Assembly: GCA_050952625.1 (NCBI GenBank)
Contig: JBMNLH010000004.1
Location: 224,001-288,000, forward strand
Direction: 5' to 3'
Length of the DNA stretch: 64,000 nucleotides
Source: Bacillota bacterium
Lineage (GTDB): Bacteria > Bacillota > Ch66 > Ch109
In this document: one piece after another, positions 32,101-40,357 of the stretch
How the letters are laid out: every line of letters begins with the position of its first letter
Numbering within the stretch: position 1 is the first letter of the stretch
Position numbers and translations under genes: made by a program
The notes under the pieces: generated by a model
What the model was told of the DNA's origin: nothing
The model's database searches: none
Seen by the model: the letters and a program-made list of their open reading frames with translations, nothing else

Positions 32101-32251
32101 AGGTTACCCGGACCAGAGCTTCAAGCCGCGAGGCGGTGTCACGCGGGCCGAGGCCTGCGTCATCGTTACGAATTTCTTAACAAAAATCGGCGAGAAGTCT
32201 CCTTCCTCAACACCGCAGGTGCAGAAAAAGGATGAATCGCCCGTTTTCTAG
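29192..32251 (+). CDS. S-layer-anchored protein: prenyltransferase-like alpha-barrel, two DUF4430-like domains, three SLH; putative cobalamin-binding protein
   Basis: QNNDGSF/QQSDGSF/LNDDGSF repeats; FINSING...WFYYV and YVDSVAG...GWMYTVN; GYPDGTFKP..ITRAE SLH motifs. Confidence 0.88.
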   Translation: MRRNQKFYQSLAMLLVALMICATIVGQTDMSARADSGNLADKAVAFLKSEYQANGAQGGIGSIGPYDAYVLQSVGVDVSDWKYNDQSLLDAVTNLVNQDLSNPTAPVKHLAEDLIAMQELGNNSLVDQLKMLLQNRQNNDGSFQDDASVYSIIPAYELLGRAGQLSAVNSVVNAAYAQNYILEQQDTTTGAWPKDWPDFMVTAQAVRALNYLVPGAAADSAVGQAIARGCDWLKDQQQSDGSFLATQFDDPLMDTAEAILTQKALGLDPANAWTTDGQSAVDYLTKSALNDDGSFGFSRNTTDATWALDSLKLLGILPSGSNGSSGDKPSTNVNVRVRVEGITGPPVDTTVSVSGTALDALKQAVGSSNVAAPGGFINSINGEAGDPAGNPPTSWFYYVIRDGEIDPVAFGSGPDGYQIQNGDQVIFYIGAYDAESYANLTYFPVVSLTPEAPIAGQTITLSISAKKYDWNTGLLQDLSSAEAAAIGDYTVTFGETTYTSSNGLVVIPNVAAGNLSYVITNQNSVGYPNVVPCRGSINVAAGSGNSPQPSTCSVSIAVVGRNGEILFGPTTVTVISTNPWGLTALGALDATGLSYTISTKWDGYVDSVAGQANSGMQGWMYTVNDTAPLGLAKDQVIASGDRVIWYYSQNIDQAAPTWAQLTSGRPLTPEVVTSTTGNAVVNPAAGGTVGLGNEVVVSIPAGALKGATGVPVTIQKVSTPPAAPTGFKLLGPVFKINVGDTSGYQFNEPVTLTFSLDLADLPEGETPSVYYYDETALEWVNLGGTVSEGTITVRIDHLTKFAVFIKDIQEEVPLPVPAQVFTDVQPSSWASEAINQLSGLGYISGYPDGTFKPDNQITRAELVCLLNKALGLSAYTPAVPDFRDVSAADWFYEAVENAVHAGLVKGYGNLFNPNDQIKREELATIMVNALGKHDEATASRNERTSFTDDLSLSDWARGFVVVAAKSELIKGYPDQSFKPRGGVTRAEACVIVTNFLTKIGEKSPSSTPQVQKKDESPVF

Positions 32252-32302
32252 TCTTCCATTAACAATTATACTAGTAACAATTAACAATGCCGGTATTCGC
32301 CA

Positions 32303-33139
32303 TTGCAAAAATGGAGAAATGGTACTAATCCGGTAGTTGGGGAGGTAAGCTCAGTGCGGTCAAAAATCGGGTATAGCTTAGCCGCGTTGGTGCTCTTATT
32401 GGGGTTGATCGGGCCAATCGTCTGCTCCCAGAAGGTTGTTCATCAACCACAACCACCACTACAGAACAGTTCCCTGGCGGAGGCTGACTCCGCCAGTCCG
32501 CCCTTTTTCTCACCATCACCAACTGAAGAAAGTATAAGCAACCAACTTGAGGAAAAAGCCGCGGATTTGGCTGTCCCGTCAAAGGAAAGCGAACCCCTGG
32601 TGCAGAGAACAGAGTCAGCCAAAACCGATTCCCCAAATCCTTTGGCAGCCGAGCCAAAACCGGCGAACTTGCCGAGGGCGAACTCGCCGAATGCAAACTT
32701 ACCGAGGGCAAACTCGCCGGGCCAGAATAATAATGCAACCAACCAGGAAGCATTATCTAACCCGGCTGACCCGGGCTCACCGGAGCAGGGTCTTAGCGTT
32801 GAGCTAGCCGTGGTCGGTCGAAACGGACAGCTTCTTTATGGCCCGACGAAGACAGTCCTAAAAGAAGATAACCGGTGGGGATTAAGCGTGCTGGGCGCGT
32901 TAGACTCCACTGGCTTAAGCTATCAGTTGAGCCCGAAGTACGGTAATTTTGTTTTGAGTATTGGCGGCGTAACCAATCAAGGCAGCAGCGGTTGGATGTA
33001 TCAAGTGAATGGTCAGGTGCCGCTGGCAGCGGCGGACAAACAGATCGTTAACCCGGGTGACCAGATAATCTGGTGGTTTAGCGAGAGCCTTAAGACCGGG
33101 CCTCCTTCCTGGGAGAATTTGCGGAGTGCTGCACCGTAA
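32303..33139 (+). CDS. Membrane-anchored DUF4430 (transcobalamin beta-domain-like) protein
   Basis: TM, Pro/Ser-rich linker with an ANLPRANSP repeat, FVLSIGG...GWMYQVNG...GDQIIWWF. Confidence 0.85.
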   Translation: MQKWRNGTNPVVGEVSSVRSKIGYSLAALVLLLGLIGPIVCSQKVVHQPQPPLQNSSLAEADSASPPFFSPSPTEESISNQLEEKAADLAVPSKESEPLVQRTESAKTDSPNPLAAEPKPANLPRANSPNANLPRANSPGQNNNATNQEALSNPADPGSPEQGLSVELAVVGRNGQLLYGPTKTVLKEDNRWGLSVLGALDSTGLSYQLSPKYGNFVLSIGGVTNQGSSGWMYQVNGQVPLAAADKQIVNPGDQIIWWFSESLKTGPPSWENLRSAAP

Positions 33140-33162
33140 ATTGTTGGCCTGGACATACTCAT

Positions 33163-33275
33163 GTGAACTCGTTCCGCTTCGCTGAACATCGAGGCTTCAG
33201 ATGGAGACTCTACTCCACCTGAAGTTTAAACAAGGTAACCTCCACTTATACAAGTGAGAATCTTTTGATTCAGAT
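33163..33275 (-). repeat. Repeat family A copy
   Basis: Reverse complement of 1022-1132. Confidence 0.8.
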
Positions 33276-33401
33276 TAAGTGTGGGTAAAGTGTGAAGTAT
33301 AAACCAAGACGTTAGACGTGAAACGCGACTTGCAGCATTTTATCTTATTAGGTAACGCTAGTGTCCTGGTCTACTAGAGAAGAACCGACATCATTAAGGA
33401 G

Positions 33402-34340
33402 TTGTTGTTTTTGCTGGAACAACTGCAGTTTCAAGATAAAGGGCTGATGCTGCAGCATTTACACCCGTTGGCGGCCTTGGCCTATCTGGGGGTATTGGCC
33501 GGGCTAGCCCTGGTCTTTACCCATCCGCTATACCTGCTGGGCTTGCTAGGACTTATTATCCTGGCGATTCAAGCCGCCGATGGCTTGGCCGGCTGGGGAA
33601 TCTGCTTAAAACTCAGTCTGGGGATGGGCGGTCTGATCTTATTGGTAAATCTCCTGGTGGTTCGGGCCGGGGAGACGGTTATTTGGCGGGGGCCGCAGTT
33701 GCCGATTTTAGGCGAGCTGCGTATTTCGTTAGAGGCGATTTGTTTTGGTGCCGCGATGAGCCTGCGGCTTCTGGTGGTGCTCAGCGTTTTTTATCTGTTA
33801 AATCTGATAATTCACCCGGACCGGCTCCTGCGCCTGTTGTCTCGCTTGGCCGGCCGCTCAGCCTTGGTCCTATCGCTGGTGACCCGGCTGTTTCCTTATG
33901 TTTTCCGGCAAGTGAACAACCTCCAGGAAGTGCTGCGGGTCCGCGGTGTTGATTTTCAGGCCGGAACCTGGCGGGAACGGCAGCAAAAGTATTGGCTGCT
34001 GTTCAACAATCTGTTGATTTCGTCCCTGGAAAATTCATGGGAATTGGCCGAGGCGATGCAGGCGCGGGCCTTTGGCAGCGGCCCGCGCTCTCGTTACTGG
34101 CGTGAAGTCTTTCGGCCGCGGGACGTCCTGTGTCTGCTGGCGAGTATGTTGGCCCTTCTGACAGCCATTTATGGCCAAATCAAGGGAAGCAGTACCTTTC
34201 AGTTCTATCCCCAACTGGATTATTTGCTGAAAGATAAGCTGACCCTGCTGCTGTTAGGCATAATCATCGGGGCGTTATCCCTGCCGGTAATTTTAAGCTG
34301 GGGGTGGCAGCGTTGGCCTTATTTAAATGCCAGGATTTAA
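33402..34340 (+). CDS. ECF transporter transmembrane T component
   Basis: LHP, VRG and AEAMQARAFG motifs. Confidence 0.9.
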   Translation: MLFLLEQLQFQDKGLMLQHLHPLAALAYLGVLAGLALVFTHPLYLLGLLGLIILAIQAADGLAGWGICLKLSLGMGGLILLVNLLVVRAGETVIWRGPQLPILGELRISLEAICFGAAMSLRLLVVLSVFYLLNLIIHPDRLLRLLSRLAGRSALVLSLVTRLFPYVFRQVNNLQEVLRVRGVDFQAGTWRERQQKYWLLFNNLLISSLENSWELAEAMQARAFGSGPRSRYWREVFRPRDVLCLLASMLALLTAIYGQIKGSSTFQFYPQLDYLLKDKLTLLLLGIIIGALSLPVILSWGWQRWPYLNARI

Positions 34341-36126
34341 CGTATACTATTATCCGGACCGCCCGAAACCGGCTTTGGCCGGGATTAATCTGCAGATTGC
34401 CGAAGGGGAGTTTCTCCTCCTCATTGGCGGATCGGGTTCAGGCAAATCTTCCCTGGCCCGCTGCCTGGCCGGCTTGATCCCCAAATTTTACGGCGGTCGG
34501 TTCGGGGGCGGCGTGTATTACCGGGGTCAGGGGCTGGCAGAAATTGACCAACGCTGTCTGGCTCAGGAGGTGGGGATTGTCTTTCAGGACCCGGAAAAAC
34601 AATTGGTGATGACCAGTGTTGAGGCAGAGGTGGCCTTTGGCCTGGAAAACCTGGGCCTGCCCCAGTCGGAAATGCGCCGTCGGGTCGCTGAGGTCATCAG
34701 TTTTTTGGACTTGACTGAAGCCCGGCATGAATTTACGGTTAATCTATCCGGCGGCCAGAAGCAGAAACTGGCCCTAGCGGCGGTTCTGGCGATGCAGCCT
34801 CAGGTCCTGATTTTAGACGAGCCAACCTCCCAGTTAGATCCGGTAGCGGCGGAAGAACTGTTTAACCTGATCAAGCGATTAAATGAAGAATTGGGCCTGA
34901 CCATTATTTTAATTGAACAACGCCTGGAACGCTGTTTGCATTTGGCTGACCGGGTCTTGCTGCTGGCTGACGGGCAAGTGGCCTATGACGGCCGGCCGGA
35001 GCTTTACCCTCATTGGGCTAACTCAAGGGGGACTGCGCTGATCCCGCCGCTGAGCAGTTTCTTTGCCCAAGCCGGGCTGGCCGCGGTCCCCTTAACGATT
35101 AAGGAAGGCCGGCAGCTTCTGCGGGCCAGACTGCAGCGAGAAGAATCGCTTTGTGGAACCAGTCAGCCTACCTCAATGCGCGATAAGGATAAGGCTAACT
35201 GCGACGTGTCGCTGGTTGGCCGCCATTCCAACCGAAAAACAGCCGACCACCCTGCGGGTTTGCCGCAGGCTAAGGGGCCGGCGGCAATGAATCTAACCTT
35301 AAAGGATGAGGTTGCGGTAAGCTTAAAAAAAGTATGGTTCACTTATCCCCGGGGCCAGGAAGCCTTGCAGGATATTAATCTCCAGGTGGGGACCGGTGAA
35401 TTTGTCGCGATCCTGGGGGCCAACAGTGCGGGCAAAACGACCTTATTAAAGGTGGTGGCCGGGTTGTTGTCGCCGGGGAGAGGTCAGGTTGAAGTAAGAG
35501 TAGGCGAAAAAGGGCGCGGCCCCGGCCGGGCCGGCAACCGGGGAGCGAAAAGTCAACGGCATCATCAGCCCCAGCCGAATAACGCCGCAGTGGCTTATTT
35601 GTCCCAGAATCCCAATGATTATCTGTTTCACGACACGGTTGAGCAAGAGCTGCGCTTCACCTTAAATAATTTTCGTCTGCCGGATGAAGGCCTAATCGAC
35701 GAACTGCTCGCCACGTTGCACCTGGAGCACTGCCGCCTAAAAAACCCGCGCGATTTAAGCAGCGGCGAACGGCAACGGGTAGCCTTGGCCTCGGTTTTGG
35801 TTGCCCGGCCGCGGCTGTTGCTGTTAGATGAACCGACCCGAGGGATGGATTACGATCTAAAAAAAGAGCTAGGCCTGATCTTAACCGATTTGGTGGCCCA
35901 GGGGATCAGTGTGTTGCTGGTTACCCATGATGTGGAATTTGCGGCCCTGTACGCTTCAAGAGTGATCATGATGTTTGCCGGCCAGATTATTTGTGACGGG
36001 CCAACTCAGCCATTGCTAGCGCACTCGTTTTTCTATTCCACCCAGATCGGCAAAATGTGTCGGGGACTGGCTGACGGCATCTTGACCTTGCCGCAGGCCT
36101 TGGCCCGGTTTAACCTGTCCGGATAA
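34327..36126 (+). CDS. ECF transporter duplicated ATPase
   Basis: GGSGSGKS/LSGGQKQ/DEPT and GANSAGKT/LSSGERQ/DEPT. Confidence 0.93.
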   Translation: MPGFNVYYYPDRPKPALAGINLQIAEGEFLLLIGGSGSGKSSLARCLAGLIPKFYGGRFGGGVYYRGQGLAEIDQRCLAQEVGIVFQDPEKQLVMTSVEAEVAFGLENLGLPQSEMRRRVAEVISFLDLTEARHEFTVNLSGGQKQKLALAAVLAMQPQVLILDEPTSQLDPVAAEELFNLIKRLNEELGLTIILIEQRLERCLHLADRVLLLADGQVAYDGRPELYPHWANSRGTALIPPLSSFFAQAGLAAVPLTIKEGRQLLRARLQREESLCGTSQPTSMRDKDKANCDVSLVGRHSNRKTADHPAGLPQAKGPAAMNLTLKDEVAVSLKKVWFTYPRGQEALQDINLQVGTGEFVAILGANSAGKTTLLKVVAGLLSPGRGQVEVRVGEKGRGPGRAGNRGAKSQRHHQPQPNNAAVAYLSQNPNDYLFHDTVEQELRFTLNNFRLPDEGLIDELLATLHLEHCRLKNPRDLSSGERQRVALASVLVARPRLLLLDEPTRGMDYDLKKELGLILTDLVAQGISVLLVTHDVEFAALYASRVIMMFAGQIICDGPTQPLLAHSFFYSTQIGKMCRGLADGILTLPQALARFNLSG

Positions 36127-36396
36127 GAATTACGGTCTTTAGCCACCGCGCCTGCGGAGCTTCGGTGAGTTGGTCGATAGTAATGCAGCTCAAGTGGTAG
36201 TACGTGAAGACAAGCTCGTTATGGGCCTTCAGTGCTTTGGTGAATTGATAAGCCAGCGAGGGGAAGGTGAAGCCAGATAATTTCAGAAAAAATCGGCAAC
36301 AGTAAGGTAATCAAGACAGTTAAGGAAGTTAAGGAAGTAAAGACAGTTAAGGCAGTCAGGGCCGCGGGGAAGAGAATCCTGCTACCCCTGGGTGCA

Positions 36397-37131
36397 TTGC
36401 TCACCCTGGGTTTGCTATTAAGCAACGGTCTAGGCAGTGAATCGCCAATTCGACTCGATTGGGGACTGCTGTTTTTAATGATCATCGCGGTTCTATTAGG
36501 TCTTCTTTATTGGGACTTTGAGCGGTCCGCGATCAGTTCGCGTGAGGTAGCCCTGATGGCCGTGCTAGCGGCCATCGCCGCAGTGGCTCGCGTTCCGTTC
36601 GCCCTATTGCCCAGTATTCAGCCAACCACCTTTATCGTTATTATTTCTGGATTTGTGCTGGGGCCAAGAGCCGGGTTTATGGTCGGGGCCACCGCTGCCT
36701 TAGCCTCCAACTTCTTTCTTGGACAGGGCCCCTGGACCCCCTGGCAAATGATGGGGTGGGGTTTGGCCGGTCTGCTGGCCGGTTGGGGAAAGTTATTCTT
36801 TCCTCGTGCCTTTTTAAAGGGGCTCCCGATTTTTTGCTTTTTTTGGGGATATATTTTTGGCTGGTTGATGAATCTATGGTCCTGGCTGGCTTTTATCTAC
36901 CCCTTGAATTGGCAGTCGTTCCTGGTTACCTGTGCAGCCAGTTTTTGGTTTGATACCCTGCACGCTCTGAGTAATGCAGCTTTTTATCTCTTATTCGGGC
37001 CAACTTTTATCAAAATACTGACCCGCTATGGTCGTCGCCTGAAAGTCGAGGAGATTGTTCCGCCGGCCGCCAGTGGTGCGGTGAATTGTTCATTCGGGGC
37101 AGGAAAAGGTCGGTCGATAAAGAAACAATAA
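36397..37131 (+). CDS. ECF transporter S component (CbrT-like, cobalamin); true start probably near 36267
   Basis: ARVPFALLPSIQPTT, SNFFLGQGPWTPWQM, FDTLHALSN. Confidence 0.9.
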   Translation: MLTLGLLLSNGLGSESPIRLDWGLLFLMIIAVLLGLLYWDFERSAISSREVALMAVLAAIAAVARVPFALLPSIQPTTFIVIISGFVLGPRAGFMVGATAALASNFFLGQGPWTPWQMMGWGLAGLLAGWGKLFFPRAFLKGLPIFCFFWGYIFGWLMNLWSWLAFIYPLNWQSFLVTCAASFWFDTLHALSNAAFYLLFGPTFIKILTRYGRRLKVEEIVPPAASGAVNCSFGAGKGRSIKKQ

Positions 37132-38445
37132 ATGATAGTTAATAGGTTGCCAAAGGAGTGTTTTGCAGTTTTGGAGATTCACCAACGATTTAGGCAGTCA
37201 GAAGTTGATTCGACCTGGTCATTTGCGGAGTGCACTACTAAACAAACAACCGCCTATACCCATGGCTACCATAAGTACCCCGCCAAATTTATCCCTCCCC
37301 TCGCTGCCCGTTTGATTCAGGAGTATACGAAGCCGGGGGATTTAGTGGGGGATCCTTTTATGGGTTCCGGGACGACTTTGGTAGAGGCGATCCTGCATGA
37401 TCGGCGAGCAGTCGGGACCGATATTAATCCCATCGCCTGGCTGATTGCCAAGGCAAAGACCACCCCAATCGAGCCAGGCCGGCTAGCGGAAAAAACGGCC
37501 GCCCTTTTGGAGGCCCTGCCGGTAAATGAGCAAGGGGTACTGGTTAGTCCGCTGCTCAACCAGGTACCCCGGCTAGAGCACGAGCGAATAGATTATTGGT
37601 TTGCCGAACCGAATCGCCGCGAACTGGAAGTGGTCCTGTCTTTAATTAATCAGGAGTCAGATGAAGATATCCGAGTCTTTTTTCTGTGCGGGTTTTCTAA
37701 TGTTTTAAAAAACTGCAGCCGGTGGCTGATGAAATCGAGTAAACCAACGGTCGATAAGCAGAAAAAGATTCCGCCGCTGGTGCCGACCTTGCGCAAACAG
37801 CTTAACTATATGCTCAAAAGAAATGCTTTATTTGTCGAAGCTCTGCGGGGAATCAGCCCTTCAGTTGTAATCAAGCATGACGATGCCCGGAACCTCCCGG
37901 TTTCCCAGAATACGATTGATTTGCTTGTCACTTCACCACCGTATGTTACTTCTTATGAGTACGCCGACTTGCACCAATTAAGCAATCTGGTCCTGGGTTT
38001 AGCCACCGATTTGAAAGAACTGCGCAAAAGCTTTATTGGTTCAATTCAGAGTGTGGTTAATGATGAGCCATTATTAAGTCCCCTGGCCCTCGAAATAATT
38101 GACAATCTGAAAAAAGCGGATCGGAAAGAGGGGGAAGGGGCGCAGGCCTATTTCCAGGCCATGCAGCAGTGTCTGCGCGAAATGCAGGCTAAGTTGAAGC
38201 CAGGAGGCCGCACCTGTATTGTGATCGGGAATACCGCTTTGCGCAAGGTGCCGATCTTAAATGCGGAAATTTTTGCGGAAATGGGTGTCAAGCTGGGTTT
38301 CAAGTTTGACCACTTAATTAAAAGGAAGATACCTTCGAAAATCCTCCCGCAAACGCGGGACCCCAAAACCGGCAAGTTTACCTCCGCCGATAAGGCCGAA
38401 GCCTTGGCTTATCCAGAGGAGTATATTGTCATTCTGCAAAAGTGA
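37132..38445 (+). CDS. DNA N4-cytosine methyltransferase (likely start TTG 37171)
   Basis: HKYPAKFIP, DPFMGSGTT, TDINP, VTSPPY. Confidence 0.92.
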   Translation: MIVNRLPKECFAVLEIHQRFRQSEVDSTWSFAECTTKQTTAYTHGYHKYPAKFIPPLAARLIQEYTKPGDLVGDPFMGSGTTLVEAILHDRRAVGTDINPIAWLIAKAKTTPIEPGRLAEKTAALLEALPVNEQGVLVSPLLNQVPRLEHERIDYWFAEPNRRELEVVLSLINQESDEDIRVFFLCGFSNVLKNCSRWLMKSSKPTVDKQKKIPPLVPTLRKQLNYMLKRNALFVEALRGISPSVVIKHDDARNLPVSQNTIDLLVTSPPYVTSYEYADLHQLSNLVLGLATDLKELRKSFIGSIQSVVNDEPLLSPLALEIIDNLKKADRKEGEGAQAYFQAMQQCLREMQAKLKPGGRTCIVIGNTALRKVPILNAEIFAEMGVKLGFKFDHLIKRKIPSKILPQTRDPKTGKFTSADKAEALAYPEEYIVILQK

Positions 38446-38455
38446 GGGTTCAGGG

Positions 38456-39052
38456 ATGACGCAGCTGCTTGAGTTAGGGATAATTAAAAAGGATGGTAAA
38501 TCAGCCAAGATCTTTGCGGAGATCTGCCCGGATATCTTTGCCGAGCGCGAATTATCCCCAGCTCAGTTCGTCAATCGGCTCTGGGCCGCCTATACGTCTT
38601 ATTATCCTAGTAATAATTCGGTCAACGGCAATATCTTCGAATTCATCATTGCGGCTGTTTTGCTGCGGGAAGGAATTAAACCCTTTCACCGGCAGGTAAA
38701 ACCGGCCTTTGTGCCGGGGATAGATTTTGATCTGATTTTACTGCCGGATACCTTACACCTGGTTTCGCTCAGCCTCAAGACTAGTTTTCGGGAAAGATAC
38801 AAACAGGCGGACCTGGAAGCAATGGCCTTGAAGAATGTTCACCGTCAGGCCAAATGCTATTTATTAACTCTGGAACCAACTGAAGCCGGCTTTATTAAAA
38901 CAAAAATCAGCACTGGCGAGGTACAGTTCTTGGACGAGGCGATCGCGGCTAAGTCTGAGGAATTCGACTCCTTGATCAGGTCTTTGGCGAACTTGATCTT
39001 TAAGGAGAATCACCAGCAAGCGTGGTTGGCGGGTGGGATTTTAATTAAATGA
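38456..39052 (+). CDS. Putative type II restriction endonuclease
   Basis: NGNIFE, DFDL, SLKTSFRERYKQ; directly after the methyltransferase. Confidence 0.75.
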   Translation: MTQLLELGIIKKDGKSAKIFAEICPDIFAERELSPAQFVNRLWAAYTSYYPSNNSVNGNIFEFIIAAVLLREGIKPFHRQVKPAFVPGIDFDLILLPDTLHLVSLSLKTSFRERYKQADLEAMALKNVHRQAKCYLLTLEPTEAGFIKTKISTGEVQFLDEAIAAKSEEFDSLIRSLANLIFKENHQQAWLAGGILIK

Positions 39053-39768
39053 GATTTTCGTCTCCTGCTTTAATCAGTAATGGTAAGTTTGAACCACAAA
39101 TAATCAAAAAGTATGAAAAGAATGCAAACATAGCGATAATTTGATTTTCTAATTCTTCACCTTTCTATGGTAAAGGGACATCAATGCATCACTTCCCTCG
39201 AAATTTATAAAATGAGACCATAGTCCTACAGACAAAGTAGGACTTTTTGTTTTATTGTCGTATTATCGGGGTATGACTTTACAATAAAATACATGGTTTA
39301 ACAAAGGTGTACGCAGATTTTCGATTATAGGACCAAAGCCTCAGAAGAAATTGGCGACTCTTAGACAATCCAATACTATTCTTTCTATTTAAGCAGGTTA
39401 TCTTTATCGGATAGCCTTTCGCGGCAGCAATTATTAAATGAAATGGGGTAAGGAGCATGAATGGTATTCCTCAATGGTTCGTGCAACCTCCTAGAAAGCT
39501 TCATTATTTAATGATCATCCTATTCGTTTGCTATTTTGTAGCGCAATTCTTTCGTTATCAATGGAACTAAGCATTGATTGGGCTTGGTCGTTATTGATTG
39601 GTTTTAACTTTTAGCTTGTTTGACTACTTAATAGGCTTGCAATTAGCCCGAAATAAAGGTAAAATAATCTGGCGACGATCGCTATTGCAATCAGGCTGAT
39701 TTCCTGATATGATCATAAAGTATTCAATTTATAATTAATGTAGAGCATAAAGCTGGTTAATCCGAAGC

Positions 39769-39863
39769 GGAGAGATGGCTGAGATGGTCGAAGGCGCTCG
39801 CCTGGAAAGCGAGTAGACGGGCTTAAACCTGTCTCGAGGGTTCGAATCCCTCTCTCTCCGCCA
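39769..39863 (+). tRNA. tRNA-Ser(GGA)
   Basis: Anticodon loop CTGGAAA, long variable arm, CCA. Confidence 0.97.
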
Positions 39864-39947
39864 TTAATTATTTGTTTTTTGATTATTGACCTAGTTAGAA
39901 TAATTGACCTAGATAGAATAATCTAGATAGAATAATAATGAAAAGAT

Positions 39948-40217
39948 TAGTCGTGCTAGGCGGGGAGGTAGCGGTGCCCTGTTCCCGCAAACCGCTATAG
40001 CGGGGCTGAATTCCCACCCGAGGGTTTATCTTGTGGGGTCCGGCAGGCGTAAGTGGTGAGGACTTTTGGGTCCCACGCAACTGGAACTCCTGAACCGTGT
40101 CAGGTCCGGAAGGAAGCAGCACTAAGGGAACCCTTCAGTGTGCCGTGGGGCAGCCTGGAAAGAGCTAACTGCGTCTGTAACGCCCGGAAGGTTAATTCGG
40201 AGGTGGGTGCACGACTA
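39948..40217 (+). ncRNA. ffs: Large bacterial SRP RNA (scRNA)
   Basis: TCAGGTCCGGAAGGAAGCAGC, Alu-like 5' GGGGAGGTAGCGGTGCCCTG, terminal stem TAGTCGTGC/GCACGACTA; upstream of dnaX. Confidence 0.96.
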
Positions 40218-40357
40218 TTAATTTGGATCCTAGTGAGCCGCCAATTAAGGCGGCTCATTTCGATATTTGCCTCTCAACTCATGTCCTAAAAACACAACCA
40301 CCGATGAAAATAGCGGATATGTTTTCAGAAACCAGGTAAGGTTGGGGGTGGACAAAT

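Noticed and set aside
39458-39680. Small membrane-protein ORF before tRNA-Ser(GGA)
   Set aside because: Short and interrupted, with no recognisable family
21020-39863. The two tRNA-Ser genes as attL/attR of an 18.7-kb island
   Set aside because: Both are complete genes with different anticodons; the shared 3' ends reflect isoacceptor similarity
40053-40289. ORFs 40053-40289 and 39895-40122
   Set aside because: They overlap the SRP RNA
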